Positions 46,949-56,836 of a stretch of DNA of 64,000 nt are shown piece after piece. The DNA is from Thermoproteota archaeon. GTDB taxonomy: Archaea; Thermoproteota; EX4484-205; JAAOZP01. The stretch is from positions 9,378-73,377 of the forward strand of contig JAWCNV010000007.1 of assembly GCA_038848185.1 (NCBI GenBank). Direction: 5' to 3'. Each line of letters starts with the position of its first letter. The stretch's first letter is position 1. Made by a program: the position numbers and the translations under genes. A model generated the notes under the pieces. That model was given only the letters and a program-made list of their open reading frames with translations. It did not search any database and had not been told where the DNA came from.

Positions 46949-47917
46949 ATGAAGAAAATGATTGTCCAAGCTGCATTAGTAGGAGGCTTCCCTAGGCCTT
47001 TCAACATTGGTAGGCTCATGAGTAGATATAGAGATGGCAAGCTCGCTCCGGAAACCTATGAGAAAAGGATTAGGACAGAGCTTCTTAAAACGATTAGGAG
47101 AATCGCTGATTCGAATGTTTCCATGATTCCTTTCAACATGTTTCTCTGGGACGATATTTTCGAGCCTTTCGCAGGCACCTTTGGAGGGATTGAGAGAGGA
47201 GGACTCTACCGATTTCTAGACAACAATTTCTATTATAGGGTTCCCTTGGTGAAAGGAAAGATACATCACAAAGAAGCAACAGTAACTCATTTCAAGATGA
47301 TTAAGAACATCGTCAGAGAAAGCAAGCGGCGTTTGAAGGTTAATGCAGTTATCCCCGGCCCATACACCTTTGTGAAAATGTGTGAGAACAAGTACTATCC
47401 TTCTGAAGAAGCACTTATAACTGATATTGCTGAGGCTCTGGGCGAAGAGGTGCGGCTGCTTGAGAAGCTTGGTGCAGGGTTTATCGAAGTCCATGAGCCC
47501 CTACTGGCTTCTGGAAAGGTTAGTATAGAACTCTTCGAGAAAGGGTTTGAAACATTGACTTCCAAAGTATCTTCGAAAATCTGGCTTCAAACATACTTCG
47601 GTCCAGTCAGTCAGCTTGAGGAACTATCAGGGTTGAAAATTGATGTGCTTGGAGTCGACTTAGTTGAAGCACCTAATCAGTTTGAAGCAATCTTGGGTTT
47701 AAGGGGTAAAATGGGAGTCGGTCTTGGCGCTGTAGATTCTAGGAGCACTAGAGTTGAAACCGTTAGAAGCCTGAGGATGCTTGTTAAGAGGGCTAGTGAA
47801 AACTTTAGCAGGGTCTATCTAACACCTAATGCGATGATGGATTTCATACCGGTTTCAATAGCATATGCTAAGATCAGGAGGATGGGCACAGCTGCAGGAG
47901 GTTTTAGAAATGGTTGA
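46949..47917 (+). CDS. split cobalamin-independent methionine synthase, N-terminal (folate-binding) half
   Basis: GFPR, RFLDNNFYYR, PGPYTF, QTYFG, GAVDSR; Zn ligands absent (TPNA in place of PDCG). Confidence 0.8.
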   Translation: MKKMIVQAALVGGFPRPFNIGRLMSRYRDGKLAPETYEKRIRTELLKTIRRIADSNVSMIPFNMFLWDDIFEPFAGTFGGIERGGLYRFLDNNFYYRVPLVKGKIHHKEATVTHFKMIKNIVRESKRRLKVNAVIPGPYTFVKMCENKYYPSEEALITDIAEALGEEVRLLEKLGAGFIEVHEPLLASGKVSIELFEKGFETLTSKVSSKIWLQTYFGPVSQLEELSGLKIDVLGVDLVEAPNQFEAILGLRGKMGVGLGAVDSRSTRVETVRSLRMLVKRASENFSRVYLTPNAMMDFIPVSIAYAKIRRMGTAAGGFRNG

Positions 47918-48917
47918 GGTTAAGCTACCAGTCTTACCAACAACAGTCATCGGAAGCTACCCGAGGCCAATATGGCTCAGGAGAACTATTAAGCTCTGGA
48001 AATCCGGTAGGCTTGAGGACGAGCATATGAAGGAGGCTTTCAACGATGCCGTTGTAAGCGTTTTAAGAGATCAGGAGGCGGCAGGTATAGATATTCCGAG
48101 CGACGGGGAGCAGAGAAGGGATGAGATGGTGGAGTACTTTGCTGAGAGGATAGGAGGTTTCAAGTTCTATGACCCTATAAGAATATGGGGTAACGCCTAC
48201 TACAGGAAGCCAGCGGTCCACGCTCCTCTCCAGTATAAGGGGAACATGGTTGTAGAGGAATTCAGGTTCCTAAGGTCTGCTTCAACGAAGCCAGTTGTGA
48301 AGATAACTATAACTGGGCCATACACTATAGCTGACTGGAGTTTCAATGAGTATTACTCCACTAAGGAGGAGCTTACATTCGAAATTGCGAAAATAGTCAA
48401 CAGGGAGCTAAAAGCCTTGGAGGAGGCTGGAGCAATATATGTTCAGATAGACGAGCCTGCGTTGTCGACACATTTAGAGGAGGTAGAGTGGGCTGTTGAA
48501 GCGGTTAACGAGGCTGTGAGTGAAATGCGGATTAAAATAAGCATGCATGTGTGCTATGGAGACTACTCTAGGATCATCCCGTACTTGGAAAATGTTAAGG
48601 TGAGCCAGTTTGCCTTTGAGTTCGCGAACAGAGGCTTTAAGGATATAGAGGTTGTTAAGAAGATGCCTGAGGATAAGGAGCTTGGCTTCGGAGTTATAGA
48701 TGTTCACAATAGGAGGATTGAAACAGTTGAGGAAGTTGCCTCAGGAATAAGGAGGATGCTTCAACTACTTCCCGCCCACAGGCTATATATTAATCCTGAT
48801 TGCGGGTTGAAACTCCTACCTAGAGCAATAGCTAAGGATAAGATGAGGGTCATGGTTGAGGCTGTTAAGAAGATCAGGGAAGAGATTAAGGACGATGGCC
48901 CAGTAATCAGAACCTAA
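47910..48917 (+). CDS. metE: split cobalamin-independent methionine synthase, catalytic Zn half
   Basis: PTTVIGSYPRP, DGEQRR, QIDEPA, HVCYG, FEFA, NPDCGLK; ATG 47910 with GGAGG SD. Confidence 0.9.
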   Translation: MVEVKLPVLPTTVIGSYPRPIWLRRTIKLWKSGRLEDEHMKEAFNDAVVSVLRDQEAAGIDIPSDGEQRRDEMVEYFAERIGGFKFYDPIRIWGNAYYRKPAVHAPLQYKGNMVVEEFRFLRSASTKPVVKITITGPYTIADWSFNEYYSTKEELTFEIAKIVNRELKALEEAGAIYVQIDEPALSTHLEEVEWAVEAVNEAVSEMRIKISMHVCYGDYSRIIPYLENVKVSQFAFEFANRGFKDIEVVKKMPEDKELGFGVIDVHNRRIETVEEVASGIRRMLQLLPAHRLYINPDCGLKLLPRAIAKDKMRVMVEAVKKIREEIKDDGPVIRT

Positions 48918-50161
48918 GCTGTTTTAAAACAATAGTGAACCTCGTTAAACTTTTTCTTTAATTCTATTACTTCCTGCTTCACTGTCTTGCCTTCCACCAA
49001 GACTTTCTTAAACAGCTCAGCCACTATTTTCATCTCCTCCTCCTTCATCCCCCATCTCGTAAGCTCTTGGACACCCAGCCTTATGCCCGAGGGGTTTCTC
49101 GTAGCGTCTTGCGGCTTGTCTGTCGGCAGTGCCATCTTGTTACAAATAATGTTGGATGCTTCAAGAAGCTCTGAAACAGGTTTACCTCCTCCGAACCTGC
49201 TAACGTTAACCATCACCTGATGAGACTCTGTGAAACCAAGGTCGGGGCAGAGAACATCAAAACCTTTTTCATACAGGCTTTCAGCAAACTTCTTTGCGTT
49301 TATAACAACCTGCTTCGCATAATCCTTTCCAAAGACATTCATCTCAAGCGCTGTGATTGCAAGTGCTGGGAAACGGTGGATATGAGTGTTTGACGTTATT
49401 CCTGGAAATATCGCGGTCTCAACCTTCTGCCAGTCCTCCTCACTCAGGCTTCTGTTTCCTATTACAACTCCTCCTTGAGGCCCCTGAAACGTCTTATGTG
49501 TTGAGGAGGTTATGAGATCAGCTTCCTCTTTCAAAGGATCTTGAAAAACCCCTCCGTATATTAGGCCGAAAACATGTGAAGCATCATACACCGTTTTAAT
49601 CTTAGGGTCTATCCTATCCCGAATCTCTTTCACAGGCTGTGGAAAGAGAAGCATAGAGGCCCCAAACATGATTAGCCTTGGCTTAACTTTCTCTATCAGC
49701 TTCACAGTATTCTCAACATCTATGTTCAGCTTCTCCGTGTCAAAGAACATGTCTATGCTCTTTAATCCTCTCACACCAGCTATTCCCCACTGCGTAGACG
49801 AGACGTGTGCCCCATTTGGTATTCCAAGAGAGATTATCGCGTCACCAGGCTTCGCGAATGCGGAGTAGACAACCATGTTTGCAACAGCACCTGAAATAGG
49901 CCGCACGTCAGCAAAAGGTGTTTCAAACCGTTCCCTGAATAAGTGGTTGCAGAGCTCCTCCACCTCATACGCATATTTTGTTCCGCAATAATGCCTCTCC
50001 ACGCCACTATGCTCGTTGTACCGGCCATCGAAGTCAGAAACATAGTATTTCTCCGCCAGCGGGGACATAACGCTTTCGGAGGCTATAAGGTTTAAACATT
50101 CCTGTCTCCTCCACCTATTCTGATTTTCCACTATTCTTAAAACATCCTCTATCTTAGGCAT
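48914..50161 (-). CDS. glyA: serine hydroxymethyltransferase (archaeal type)
   Basis: LNLIASE, YDASH, STHKTFQGPQGG (PLP lysine), GIRLG. Confidence 0.95.
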   Translation of the reverse strand: MPKIEDVLRIVENQNRWRRQECLNLIASESVMSPLAEKYYVSDFDGRYNEHSGVERHYCGTKYAYEVEELCNHLFRERFETPFADVRPISGAVANMVVYSAFAKPGDAIISLGIPNGAHVSSTQWGIAGVRGLKSIDMFFDTEKLNIDVENTVKLIEKVKPRLIMFGASMLLFPQPVKEIRDRIDPKIKTVYDASHVFGLIYGGVFQDPLKEEADLITSSTHKTFQGPQGGVVIGNRSLSEEDWQKVETAIFPGITSNTHIHRFPALAITALEMNVFGKDYAKQVVINAKKFAESLYEKGFDVLCPDLGFTESHQVMVNVSRFGGGKPVSELLEASNIICNKMALPTDKPQDATRNPSGIRLGVQELTRWGMKEEEMKIVAELFKKVLVEGKTVKQEVIELKKKFNEVHYCFKTA

Positions 50162-50966
50162 CTTCAGACTTCCTCCTCTTATCTTTCTCCTTAACCTTCA
50201 CTTCAGTTTTCTCTTTTTCAGCCGTTTGCTTCGATGCCTCCGTTAAAACTGTTAATGCAGAGACCCGTTGCATAACCATTATAGAGAGCTTTATTGCGAA
50301 ATAGAAGAAGGAGATGCCGGCTGCTATGATGAGCCGCTCCACAATGGTGAACGGGATTGCCTGAATCCAGAATTCTGCAGGTATGTTCATAAAGTAAAGA
50401 TAGGTTATAGAGCCGATTGCATGATCTGTGAATGCTGAACCAAGCGAGTAGGTGTATACTTGAGCCAAATGATTCTTGAGAAGCCTGTCAATCTTCGGTT
50501 TAAAAACTGCTATTAAAAGAGGTATTGTCCAGAAAAGCGAGCAGAACCAGACTTCCCTGCCTATGGGGTGAAGCAGGAAAAGCAGGATGCTTAAAGCGGG
50601 AACTATGATCAGCCTTCTGTCCCCCTTAAACATCTTTGTAAAGTAGATTCCAGCTAACATTATGGGCAGGAACGTGAGCCAACTCATTATGAACTTGGGT
50701 AGATTACTGATATCTCCCATCTTATAGTAGCCTGTGAAAAACCCTATTATACGTGCAAGCATTATGACGGAGGTCCCCCAGTAAACGTTGAGGAACCTTG
50801 AGATAACCGGGCCAAACATGACTCCGAAGGAAAAGCTGGATTCTGTTCCAAATATCGGCCAGAATTTAATCTTAGTTAGAACCATGAAGAGAGCTGCAAA
50901 CAACACTGAAAACATTATCTTTGGAAGCATGAGCAGAATTCTAGTTTTCATATCTACCTTTCCCAT
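50154..50966 (-). CDS. uncharacterised membrane protein, ECF S-component-like
   Basis: 6-7 TM segments; FSFGVMFGP N-terminal segment, FTDHAIGS, W...IP....ER; coupled between thyX and glyA. Confidence 0.6.
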   Translation of the reverse strand: MGKVDMKTRILLMLPKIMFSVLFAALFMVLTKIKFWPIFGTESSFSFGVMFGPVISRFLNVYWGTSVIMLARIIGFFTGYYKMGDISNLPKFIMSWLTFLPIMLAGIYFTKMFKGDRRLIIVPALSILLFLLHPIGREVWFCSLFWTIPLLIAVFKPKIDRLLKNHLAQVYTYSLGSAFTDHAIGSITYLYFMNIPAEFWIQAIPFTIVERLIIAAGISFFYFAIKLSIMVMQRVSALTVLTEASKQTAEKEKTEVKVKEKDKRRKSEDA

Positions 50967-51686
50967 CTAAATCATCTCCCTAAACATCTTCTGAATATTA
51001 GGTATTCCCATTCTCCTACATTCCTCAGGCATCAGATCACCCTCGGGACAGAAGCCTTTCATACATGATGGGCCCGCGTCTTTAAAAATAGTTGGAGCAA
51101 CCTTCTTCACCAGTTTCAACATTTCCATCCCTACCTCTCTCAGTTCCCATTGGGCTCTTGCGCAAAGCCTAAGGTTGAAGAAGTGCAGCAACTCCCTAGC
51201 GTTCATTGTTACAACTATGTTTGTCCTTGTAGCGTTAGGAAGTATGAATCTTGCATCCTCGTTCGACAACCCTTCTTTAACAAGCTCCTCATACCATTGG
51301 GCAATCGTCTTCATCCTTTCCTTAAACCGCTCCTCTTCACCGTTTCTAAGTGTCTTAGGAATAATAAACCAATCATCACTTGAAGTATTCACCTTCACAA
51401 ACCTTTGACTCTGCTGAGTATAGGATGCTACTCTATGCCTCACCAGCTGATGTGTACAGGCTCTGGAAACACCTTCTAGCGAGAATGTGAATGAAGCGTG
51501 TTCAATGGGTGAAAGATGGTTATGCCTCAATAGATCTGAAACCTCTTTCTTAATCTTCTCAGCATTCTCAGGCTTAGATAGTTTCGCAAGTATCTCCGTT
51601 GGCGTATCGCTTTTAAACGATGCCCTAGCAGCAACTGCAACTATAAGCTCCGGGTTTGGAGTGTGTGAGATTAGGGAAACCTTCAT
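50967..51686 (-). CDS. thyX: FAD-dependent thymidylate synthase
   Basis: HLSPIEH, SRACTHQLVRHRVASYTQQSQRF, EDARFILP, MNAREL.HF..LR, AQWE.R. Confidence 0.96.
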   Translation of the reverse strand: MKVSLISHTPNPELIVAVAARASFKSDTPTEILAKLSKPENAEKIKKEVSDLLRHNHLSPIEHASFTFSLEGVSRACTHQLVRHRVASYTQQSQRFVKVNTSSDDWFIIPKTLRNGEEERFKERMKTIAQWYEELVKEGLSNEDARFILPNATRTNIVVTMNARELLHFFNLRLCARAQWELREVGMEMLKLVKKVAPTIFKDAGPSCMKGFCPEGDLMPEECRRMGIPNIQKMFREMI

Positions 51687-52099
51687 TACCCAGCTTTTTA
51701 AAAATCAGCATTATAAACGTTTCCGCGTAAAGAAGGTTAAAAATTAAAAACAGTATTTTTGCTTCGAATCAGCTAACGACAAACCAGTACTAGCACTAAT
51801 GATGTTTTACGCTACAAGCATATGCGATACTTTTTTCTCATGCCGCTTAATGGAAGCAAATCAGAATTCTGAAAAACCCCGTGAAACACTCCTTTCATAC
51901 TCCTAAAACGCATCGATCATTGATTGAGAGAAGGCTTAACGCTATTTAAGATGGTGCTAAAAATGAGTTTTAGAATCGAAAAAACGCGTTTTCAGGTGGA
52001 AGGCGGGTTTCCTTAAAAACAGTCTTTATCCATTTGAAAAACATAGGTTTAAGCCATGTTTTAATGGGGGTTAAGAAAATTTATGAAGGTAGTATGTAA

Positions 52100-52111
52100 C
52101 AGTTATAACTG
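52100..52111. promoter_or_regulatory. 12-bp palindrome upstream of the Roadblock-domain gene
   Basis: CAGTTATAACTG perfect palindrome. Confidence 0.35.
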
Positions 52112-52160
52112 ACAAAGAGATATTGGATTATCGGCTAAAATCATAATTGTGTAGCTTAAT

Positions 52161-52775
52161 ATGGAAAGCGAAAAAGATAAGGAGGCTGAAGAAGACAGGA
52201 CTGATTTTGACAAGATCATAGCACGCTACAGGATGGCGGCATCAAGACAGGATGCTGCAAAAACAGAGGAAAAGCGGCCGGTAATAATTGAGAAAACATC
52301 GATAACACCGATGGTGGAGAAGCCAGTTGTAAAGAAAGAGACTATACCTGTGGCTCAAAAACCCGCGTCGCGAGAAATCGTGACGAGCGAGGATGCTGAA
52401 AAATACTTTGAATGGGTTAAGGTTGTGGAGAGTGCAATACAGAATTGCCTTTCCCAGTCTAAGGGAGCCATAAACTCCATATATGTTCTACTGCCTGACG
52501 AGATAACTTGCCTAAGCTTCGGTTCACGCATCGACCTGGATGAAGATATTTTGGCAGCTTTCATAGGAGAACAGTTTGGATTATTTGAAAGCTACAGCGG
52601 TATTCTTCAAATAGGAGAGATAGAAGAGATAGAGTATACTGGAAAACAGAGTGTTGTCCTGATGAAATCTGGGAGTGGGTTGAGGCTTATGGCCCTGTTA
52701 AACGATAAGAGCTACACTAGGCTAGCCAAGATATACTTGGAGAGAATGCTGAAAAGCATTCCGAGATTCGAGTAG
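52161..52775 (+). CDS. protein with low-complexity N-terminus and C-terminal Roadblock/LC7 (MglB)-like domain
   Basis: IYVLLPD...DEDILAA...IGEIEEIEYTG...VVLM...LMALL...LAKIYL pattern. Confidence 0.6.
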   Translation: MESEKDKEAEEDRTDFDKIIARYRMAASRQDAAKTEEKRPVIIEKTSITPMVEKPVVKKETIPVAQKPASREIVTSEDAEKYFEWVKVVESAIQNCLSQSKGAINSIYVLLPDEITCLSFGSRIDLDEDILAAFIGEQFGLFESYSGILQIGEIEEIEYTGKQSVVLMKSGSGLRLMALLNDKSYTRLAKIYLERMLKSIPRFE

Positions 52776-52792
52776 AATAAGTTTCACTTTTC

Positions 52793-54013
52793 TCACGCTA
52801 TTTCTTTAAAGGCCTTACCCATTATTTTAAGTCCTTCCCTTATGTTTTCAACCGAGTTAGCATAGCTTATTCTTACGTAGCCCTCTCCAAAGGAGCCCAT
52901 GGCGGTTCCATGTAGGACTGCAACGCCGTATTTCTCCAGTAGAATTGACGCCAGTTTCAAACTGTCGATTCCGGCTCTATTTGTTATCTTCTTGACATTG
53001 ATGAACCCGTAGAAGGCGCCTCTCGGCCTAACCATGTGAACATCATCGATCTTGGAAACCTCTTCAATAACGACCTCTCTTCTCATCGCATATTGCTCCA
53101 CCATCTTCCTTACAGCATCCATGCCGTTTCTCAAAGCCTCTATGCCTCCCACCTGGATGAAGGAGGAGGGGCATGCAGTTATCAGGTTTAAAACCAGTTG
53201 CAACGACTCAGTTAAATGCGTGGGGGTAATTACGTATCCAAGCCTCCACCCGGTCATAGCATAATATTTCGAGAAGCCGTCTATAAGAATAGTGTTCTCC
53301 AGATTCTCGTCAAACTGTACCGGTGAATAGTGTTTTAAGCCGTCATATATTATGTACCGATAGACCTCGTCGCTGATAACGTATGCTCCAGCATCCTTAG
53401 CTATCTCAACAATACCCTTGACATCCTCCTTGGTTAATACTGAGCCCGTCGGGTTCTCTGGAGAGTTTAAGACGATCGCCCTAGTCCTGTTTGAAACCAG
53501 CTGGTTAACGTCATCCGGAACCATTCTAAACTCGTTCTCCTCCTTAAGCCGGACTGGAACAGGTTTTCCCTTGAAGAACCTTACACCTTCCCCGTAAGCC
53601 GTGTACCCGGGGTTAGGGTAGATCACTTCATCACCCTCCTCCACTATGGAGGCCAGTGTTGCGAAAACCGCCTCCTTAGAACCCGTTGTCACTGAAACAT
53701 TCTTGAAATCTATTTCAACATCGAAGTCCTGAGCCGTTTTCTCCGATATTGTTTTCCTCAGCTCCAATGTTCCCGGAGTCGGAGTGTAATGTGTCTCTCC
53801 CTCTTTCAAAGCCCTTATCGCAGCCTCCCTTACGTTGCTAGGTGTGACGAAGTCCGGCTCCCCTATCTCCAAGTGTATTATCTTCTTCCCCTGGGCTTCA
53901 AGCATCTTCGCCTTACCTAGAACCATGAAGGAGCTTTCTCCCTCTAGCTCCAGCGACCTCTTAGCCACCTTCAGCCTCGAATCCAATTTATCCCTCTCCC
54001 CTTCTAAGGGCAC
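52793..54013 (-). CDS. class I/II PLP aminotransferase (aspartate aminotransferase-like)
   Basis: IGEPDF, NSPENPTG, SDEVY, GFSKYYAMTGWRLG. Confidence 0.94.
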   Translation of the reverse strand: MPLEGERDKLDSRLKVAKRSLELEGESSFMVLGKAKMLEAQGKKIIHLEIGEPDFVTPSNVREAAIRALKEGETHYTPTPGTLELRKTISEKTAQDFDVEIDFKNVSVTTGSKEAVFATLASIVEEGDEVIYPNPGYTAYGEGVRFFKGKPVPVRLKEENEFRMVPDDVNQLVSNRTRAIVLNSPENPTGSVLTKEDVKGIVEIAKDAGAYVISDEVYRYIIYDGLKHYSPVQFDENLENTILIDGFSKYYAMTGWRLGYVITPTHLTESLQLVLNLITACPSSFIQVGGIEALRNGMDAVRKMVEQYAMRREVVIEEVSKIDDVHMVRPRGAFYGFINVKKITNRAGIDSLKLASILLEKYGVAVLHGTAMGSFGEGYVRISYANSVENIREGLKIMGKAFKEIA

Positions 54014-54531
54014 TATTTCAACTTTTTCAGGCTTTTCATAACTTTCGGTATGATAAGTATGCAGGCATAGAGGAAAACGCCTACGCCTCCTGTAATTATG
54101 CAGAAAAGGTATATTCCACCCGTTACCGAAGGGTTGTAAAACGGGTTTACCGTCAAAGGATATAATGGGCGAATATCATCGTATAAGGGAGCATCCAGCA
54201 AAATATGGAGCAGTGCTCCTGAGGAACCTGCGAGCACGAACTGCCTTAAACTCGGTTTCACATCAGACTCTAGAAGAAGAGTCTTGTAGAAATGAGATAG
54301 AAACCTTTCAAGCATGAACATTGCTAAGCCAAGAAAACTCCCTATGAAAAAACCCATTATAAATGTGTGAAAATAACCATGTAACGGATATTTTAAACCG
54401 AATATGATAACGAGGAGTGGTTCAATATCAAGAATCACATTAGCTACGATGAAGGTAGGCATGTGCATATGCTTTCTTAAAAGCATCCCGAAGAATATTG
54501 CCGGCCCTAGGTGGAACGGTGTGAAAGGCAT
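54013..54531 (-). CDS. membrane-associated putative metal-dependent hydrolase (MPFTPFH family)
   Basis: MPFTPFH, DIEP, LHGYFHT, LHILLDA. Confidence 0.75.
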   Translation of the reverse strand: MPFTPFHLGPAIFFGMLLRKHMHMPTFIVANVILDIEPLLVIIFGLKYPLHGYFHTFIMGFFIGSFLGLAMFMLERFLSHFYKTLLLESDVKPSLRQFVLAGSSGALLHILLDAPLYDDIRPLYPLTVNPFYNPSVTGGIYLFCIITGGVGVFLYACILIIPKVMKSLKKLK

Positions 54532-54611
54532 CTCTTCATATTGTTTTTCAATAGATATTTAGGGTTTTTCTTGTGAAAAGTATTTATTCCACTAAGCCCG
54601 ATTCTATCTGT

Positions 54612-54923
54612 GTGACGAGAATTATAGTGGAGCTCAGCATAATTCCGCTTGGTGAGGGAACAAGCGTTTCAAATATTCTCGCCTACGCGGTGAAGGAGCT
54701 TGAGAACATGGGTGTAAAGTACGAAGTAACACCTATGTGTACAGTTTTCGAGGCGGATAGTGTTGAGGAAGCATTAAAGATCGTGAAGGCTGCACATGAA
54801 GCAGTTTTCAAACAGGGTGTGAAACGCACAGTAACAACCGTCAGGCTAGACGATAGGCGGGATGTGGAGAGGAGCATGAGAAGCAAGGTGGACTCTTTGA
54901 AGAAGGCTGTTGAAAAACTTTAA
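54612..54923 (+). CDS. MTH1187/UPF0045 thiamine-binding protein family
   Basis: ELSIIPLG..TSVS, YEVTPMCT.FE, AHEA, R.DDRRD. Confidence 0.9.
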   Translation: MTRIIVELSIIPLGEGTSVSNILAYAVKELENMGVKYEVTPMCTVFEADSVEEALKIVKAAHEAVFKQGVKRTVTTVRLDDRRDVERSMRSKVDSLKKAVEKL

Positions 54924-54974
54924 TTCTTCTCAGGGAAACGTTTTTATTTCAAAATCAGGCTGAATTAACGTGCT

Positions 54975-55946
54975 ATGAGTGGCTTGCCGTTAAAACTAGC
55001 TTTACCTACTACAGGCAATCAATACGACGTTATAATAATTGGGTCCGGCCCAGCTGGTTTAACCGCCGCAATATATACTGGAAGGGCCAGGTTGAAAACC
55101 CTCGTTATCGCAGGCTCAGCCTGGGGAGGGCAGTTAATGTTAACCTCTGAGGTTGAGAATTATCCTGGTTTCCCAGAAGGGGTTCTCGGCCCAGACCTTA
55201 TGAACAATATGTTGAAGCAGGCTCAGCGTTTTAATGCTGAAATACTGTTTGAGGATGCTGAAAGCGTAGACTTCTCCAAGAAACCTTTCAAAGTGGTGGC
55301 TGGAGGAGAAACCTATGAGGGTAAAACAGTGATAATAGCAACCGGAGCCTCTCCAAGAGAGCTTGGCTTAGAGAGTGAAAGAAGGTTAAAAGGTAAAGGT
55401 GTTTCTAACTGCGCGGTTTGCGACGCAGCCTTCTTCAAAGATAAGACGGTGATGGTTGTGGGAGGCGGCGATACGGCGATGGAGGAAGCCTTGTTCCTAA
55501 CAAAATACGCGAAAAACGTTAAGGTTATTCACAGGAGAAGTGGGTTGAGAGCGATCAAAATACTGCAGGAAAGAGCTTTCAAAAACCCTAAGATAGAGTT
55601 CATCTGGAACAGCGTGGTTGATGAGATACTTGGTAAGGATCATGTTGAAGGAGTCAGGATAAGGCGGGTTGAGTCCGGAGAGGTGTCTGAGATACCTTGC
55701 GACGGAGTGTTTATATCAATAGGCTACGATCCGACGACTAAAATCTTCAAGGGACAGGTTGAAATGGATGAGAAGGGGTATATAGTAGTTAAGGGTAACA
55801 GTAGGACTAGTGTTGACGGTGTTTTCGTAGCTGGCGAGGCTAAGGATTACCGTTACCGTCAAGCTATTACTGCAGCTGGCGAAGGATGCCAAGCAGCGCT
55901 TGACGCAATAAAATACTTGGAGGAGATTGAGCATAGCCTCACATAG
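54975..55946 (+). CDS. trxB: thioredoxin reductase
   Basis: GSGPAGLTAA, GGQL, CAVCD, GGGDTAMEEA, YRQAITAAGEG. Confidence 0.95.
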   Translation: MSGLPLKLALPTTGNQYDVIIIGSGPAGLTAAIYTGRARLKTLVIAGSAWGGQLMLTSEVENYPGFPEGVLGPDLMNNMLKQAQRFNAEILFEDAESVDFSKKPFKVVAGGETYEGKTVIIATGASPRELGLESERRLKGKGVSNCAVCDAAFFKDKTVMVVGGGDTAMEEALFLTKYAKNVKVIHRRSGLRAIKILQERAFKNPKIEFIWNSVVDEILGKDHVEGVRIRRVESGEVSEIPCDGVFISIGYDPTTKIFKGQVEMDEKGYIVVKGNSRTSVDGVFVAGEAKDYRYRQAITAAGEGCQAALDAIKYLEEIEHSLT

Positions 55947-55961
55947 GATGAGCTCATCACT

Positions 55962-56789
55962 ATGAAACTCGATAATGTTCTGTCTAGAATTGGTTTCCAC
56001 TCGGTTTACGAGAAAAGCATCAGGGAAGCTGTGGACCTTGCTTACAAGCATGGCTTCTCTTCAGTACAGGTAGAAACCGCTATGCCAATATTTTTCCCTG
56101 AGAAGTACACCTTTAGAGCTAGGAGAGAAATCGCTACGTATGCTGCTGACAGAAACATAGTGCTTAAGATTCACGCACCTGGAGAAGACTTCAGTCTGCA
56201 AACTCTACATTCCCCTATTCACCGGGCAATTGTTGAAAGACTTAAGGAAATTATTGACTTTGCCTCGGATTTGGAGGCGAAGATAGTTACAATACATCCC
56301 GGTGTTGTTCCCGTTTTCACTCTACCTGGAAAAGGGGATGTTCCTATAGATGTGCAGTATCCTCAACTCCATGTTCAAGCTCTTAAAACAGCCTTACTCG
56401 AGCTCTCCGATTATTCTAAGGGTAGAATATTGTTCTGTGTAGAAAACAGCCCGTTCACCCCTACGGTTATGAATGTTCTCTCAAGCATGCTTAAAGACAA
56501 TAAGGTTTCTCTCACCATGGATTTAGCCAAGCTCTACAAGTCTGATGGTACTACTCATCGCAATGTTGAAAACTTTTTCCTTAAAAACCTAGATAAAGTG
56601 AGGGAATGTCATTTACACGATAAGACTAGAAAAGGGGGACACCAAATAATTGGCAGAGGATTCGTAGATTTCAAACGTTACTTGAAAACTCTCTCAAACT
56701 ATGACTTAGAGTACACCATAGAGGTTAGGCCTTTTGAAAACGCCTTGGTTTCGCTTAAAGCATTGAGAAAAATATTGAAGCCCACTTAA
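55962..56789 (+). CDS. xylose-isomerase-like TIM barrel (sugar phosphate isomerase/epimerase)
   Basis: IHAP, TIHPG, CVEN, HLHD, H..IGRG.VDF, TIE. Confidence 0.82.
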   Translation: MKLDNVLSRIGFHSVYEKSIREAVDLAYKHGFSSVQVETAMPIFFPEKYTFRARREIATYAADRNIVLKIHAPGEDFSLQTLHSPIHRAIVERLKEIIDFASDLEAKIVTIHPGVVPVFTLPGKGDVPIDVQYPQLHVQALKTALLELSDYSKGRILFCVENSPFTPTVMNVLSSMLKDNKVSLTMDLAKLYKSDGTTHRNVENFFLKNLDKVRECHLHDKTRKGGHQIIGRGFVDFKRYLKTLSNYDLEYTIEVRPFENALVSLKALRKILKPT

Positions 56790-56836
56790 GAGGGACAGGG
56801 GAAAAGTTTAAACTCGAAAGCTCACCATTCTTTAAC

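Noticed and set aside
51687..52160. THF or ZTP riboswitch upstream of thyX
   Set aside because: A TATA-like element sits about 25 nt before the ATG, implying a leaderless transcript; no aptamer consensus seen
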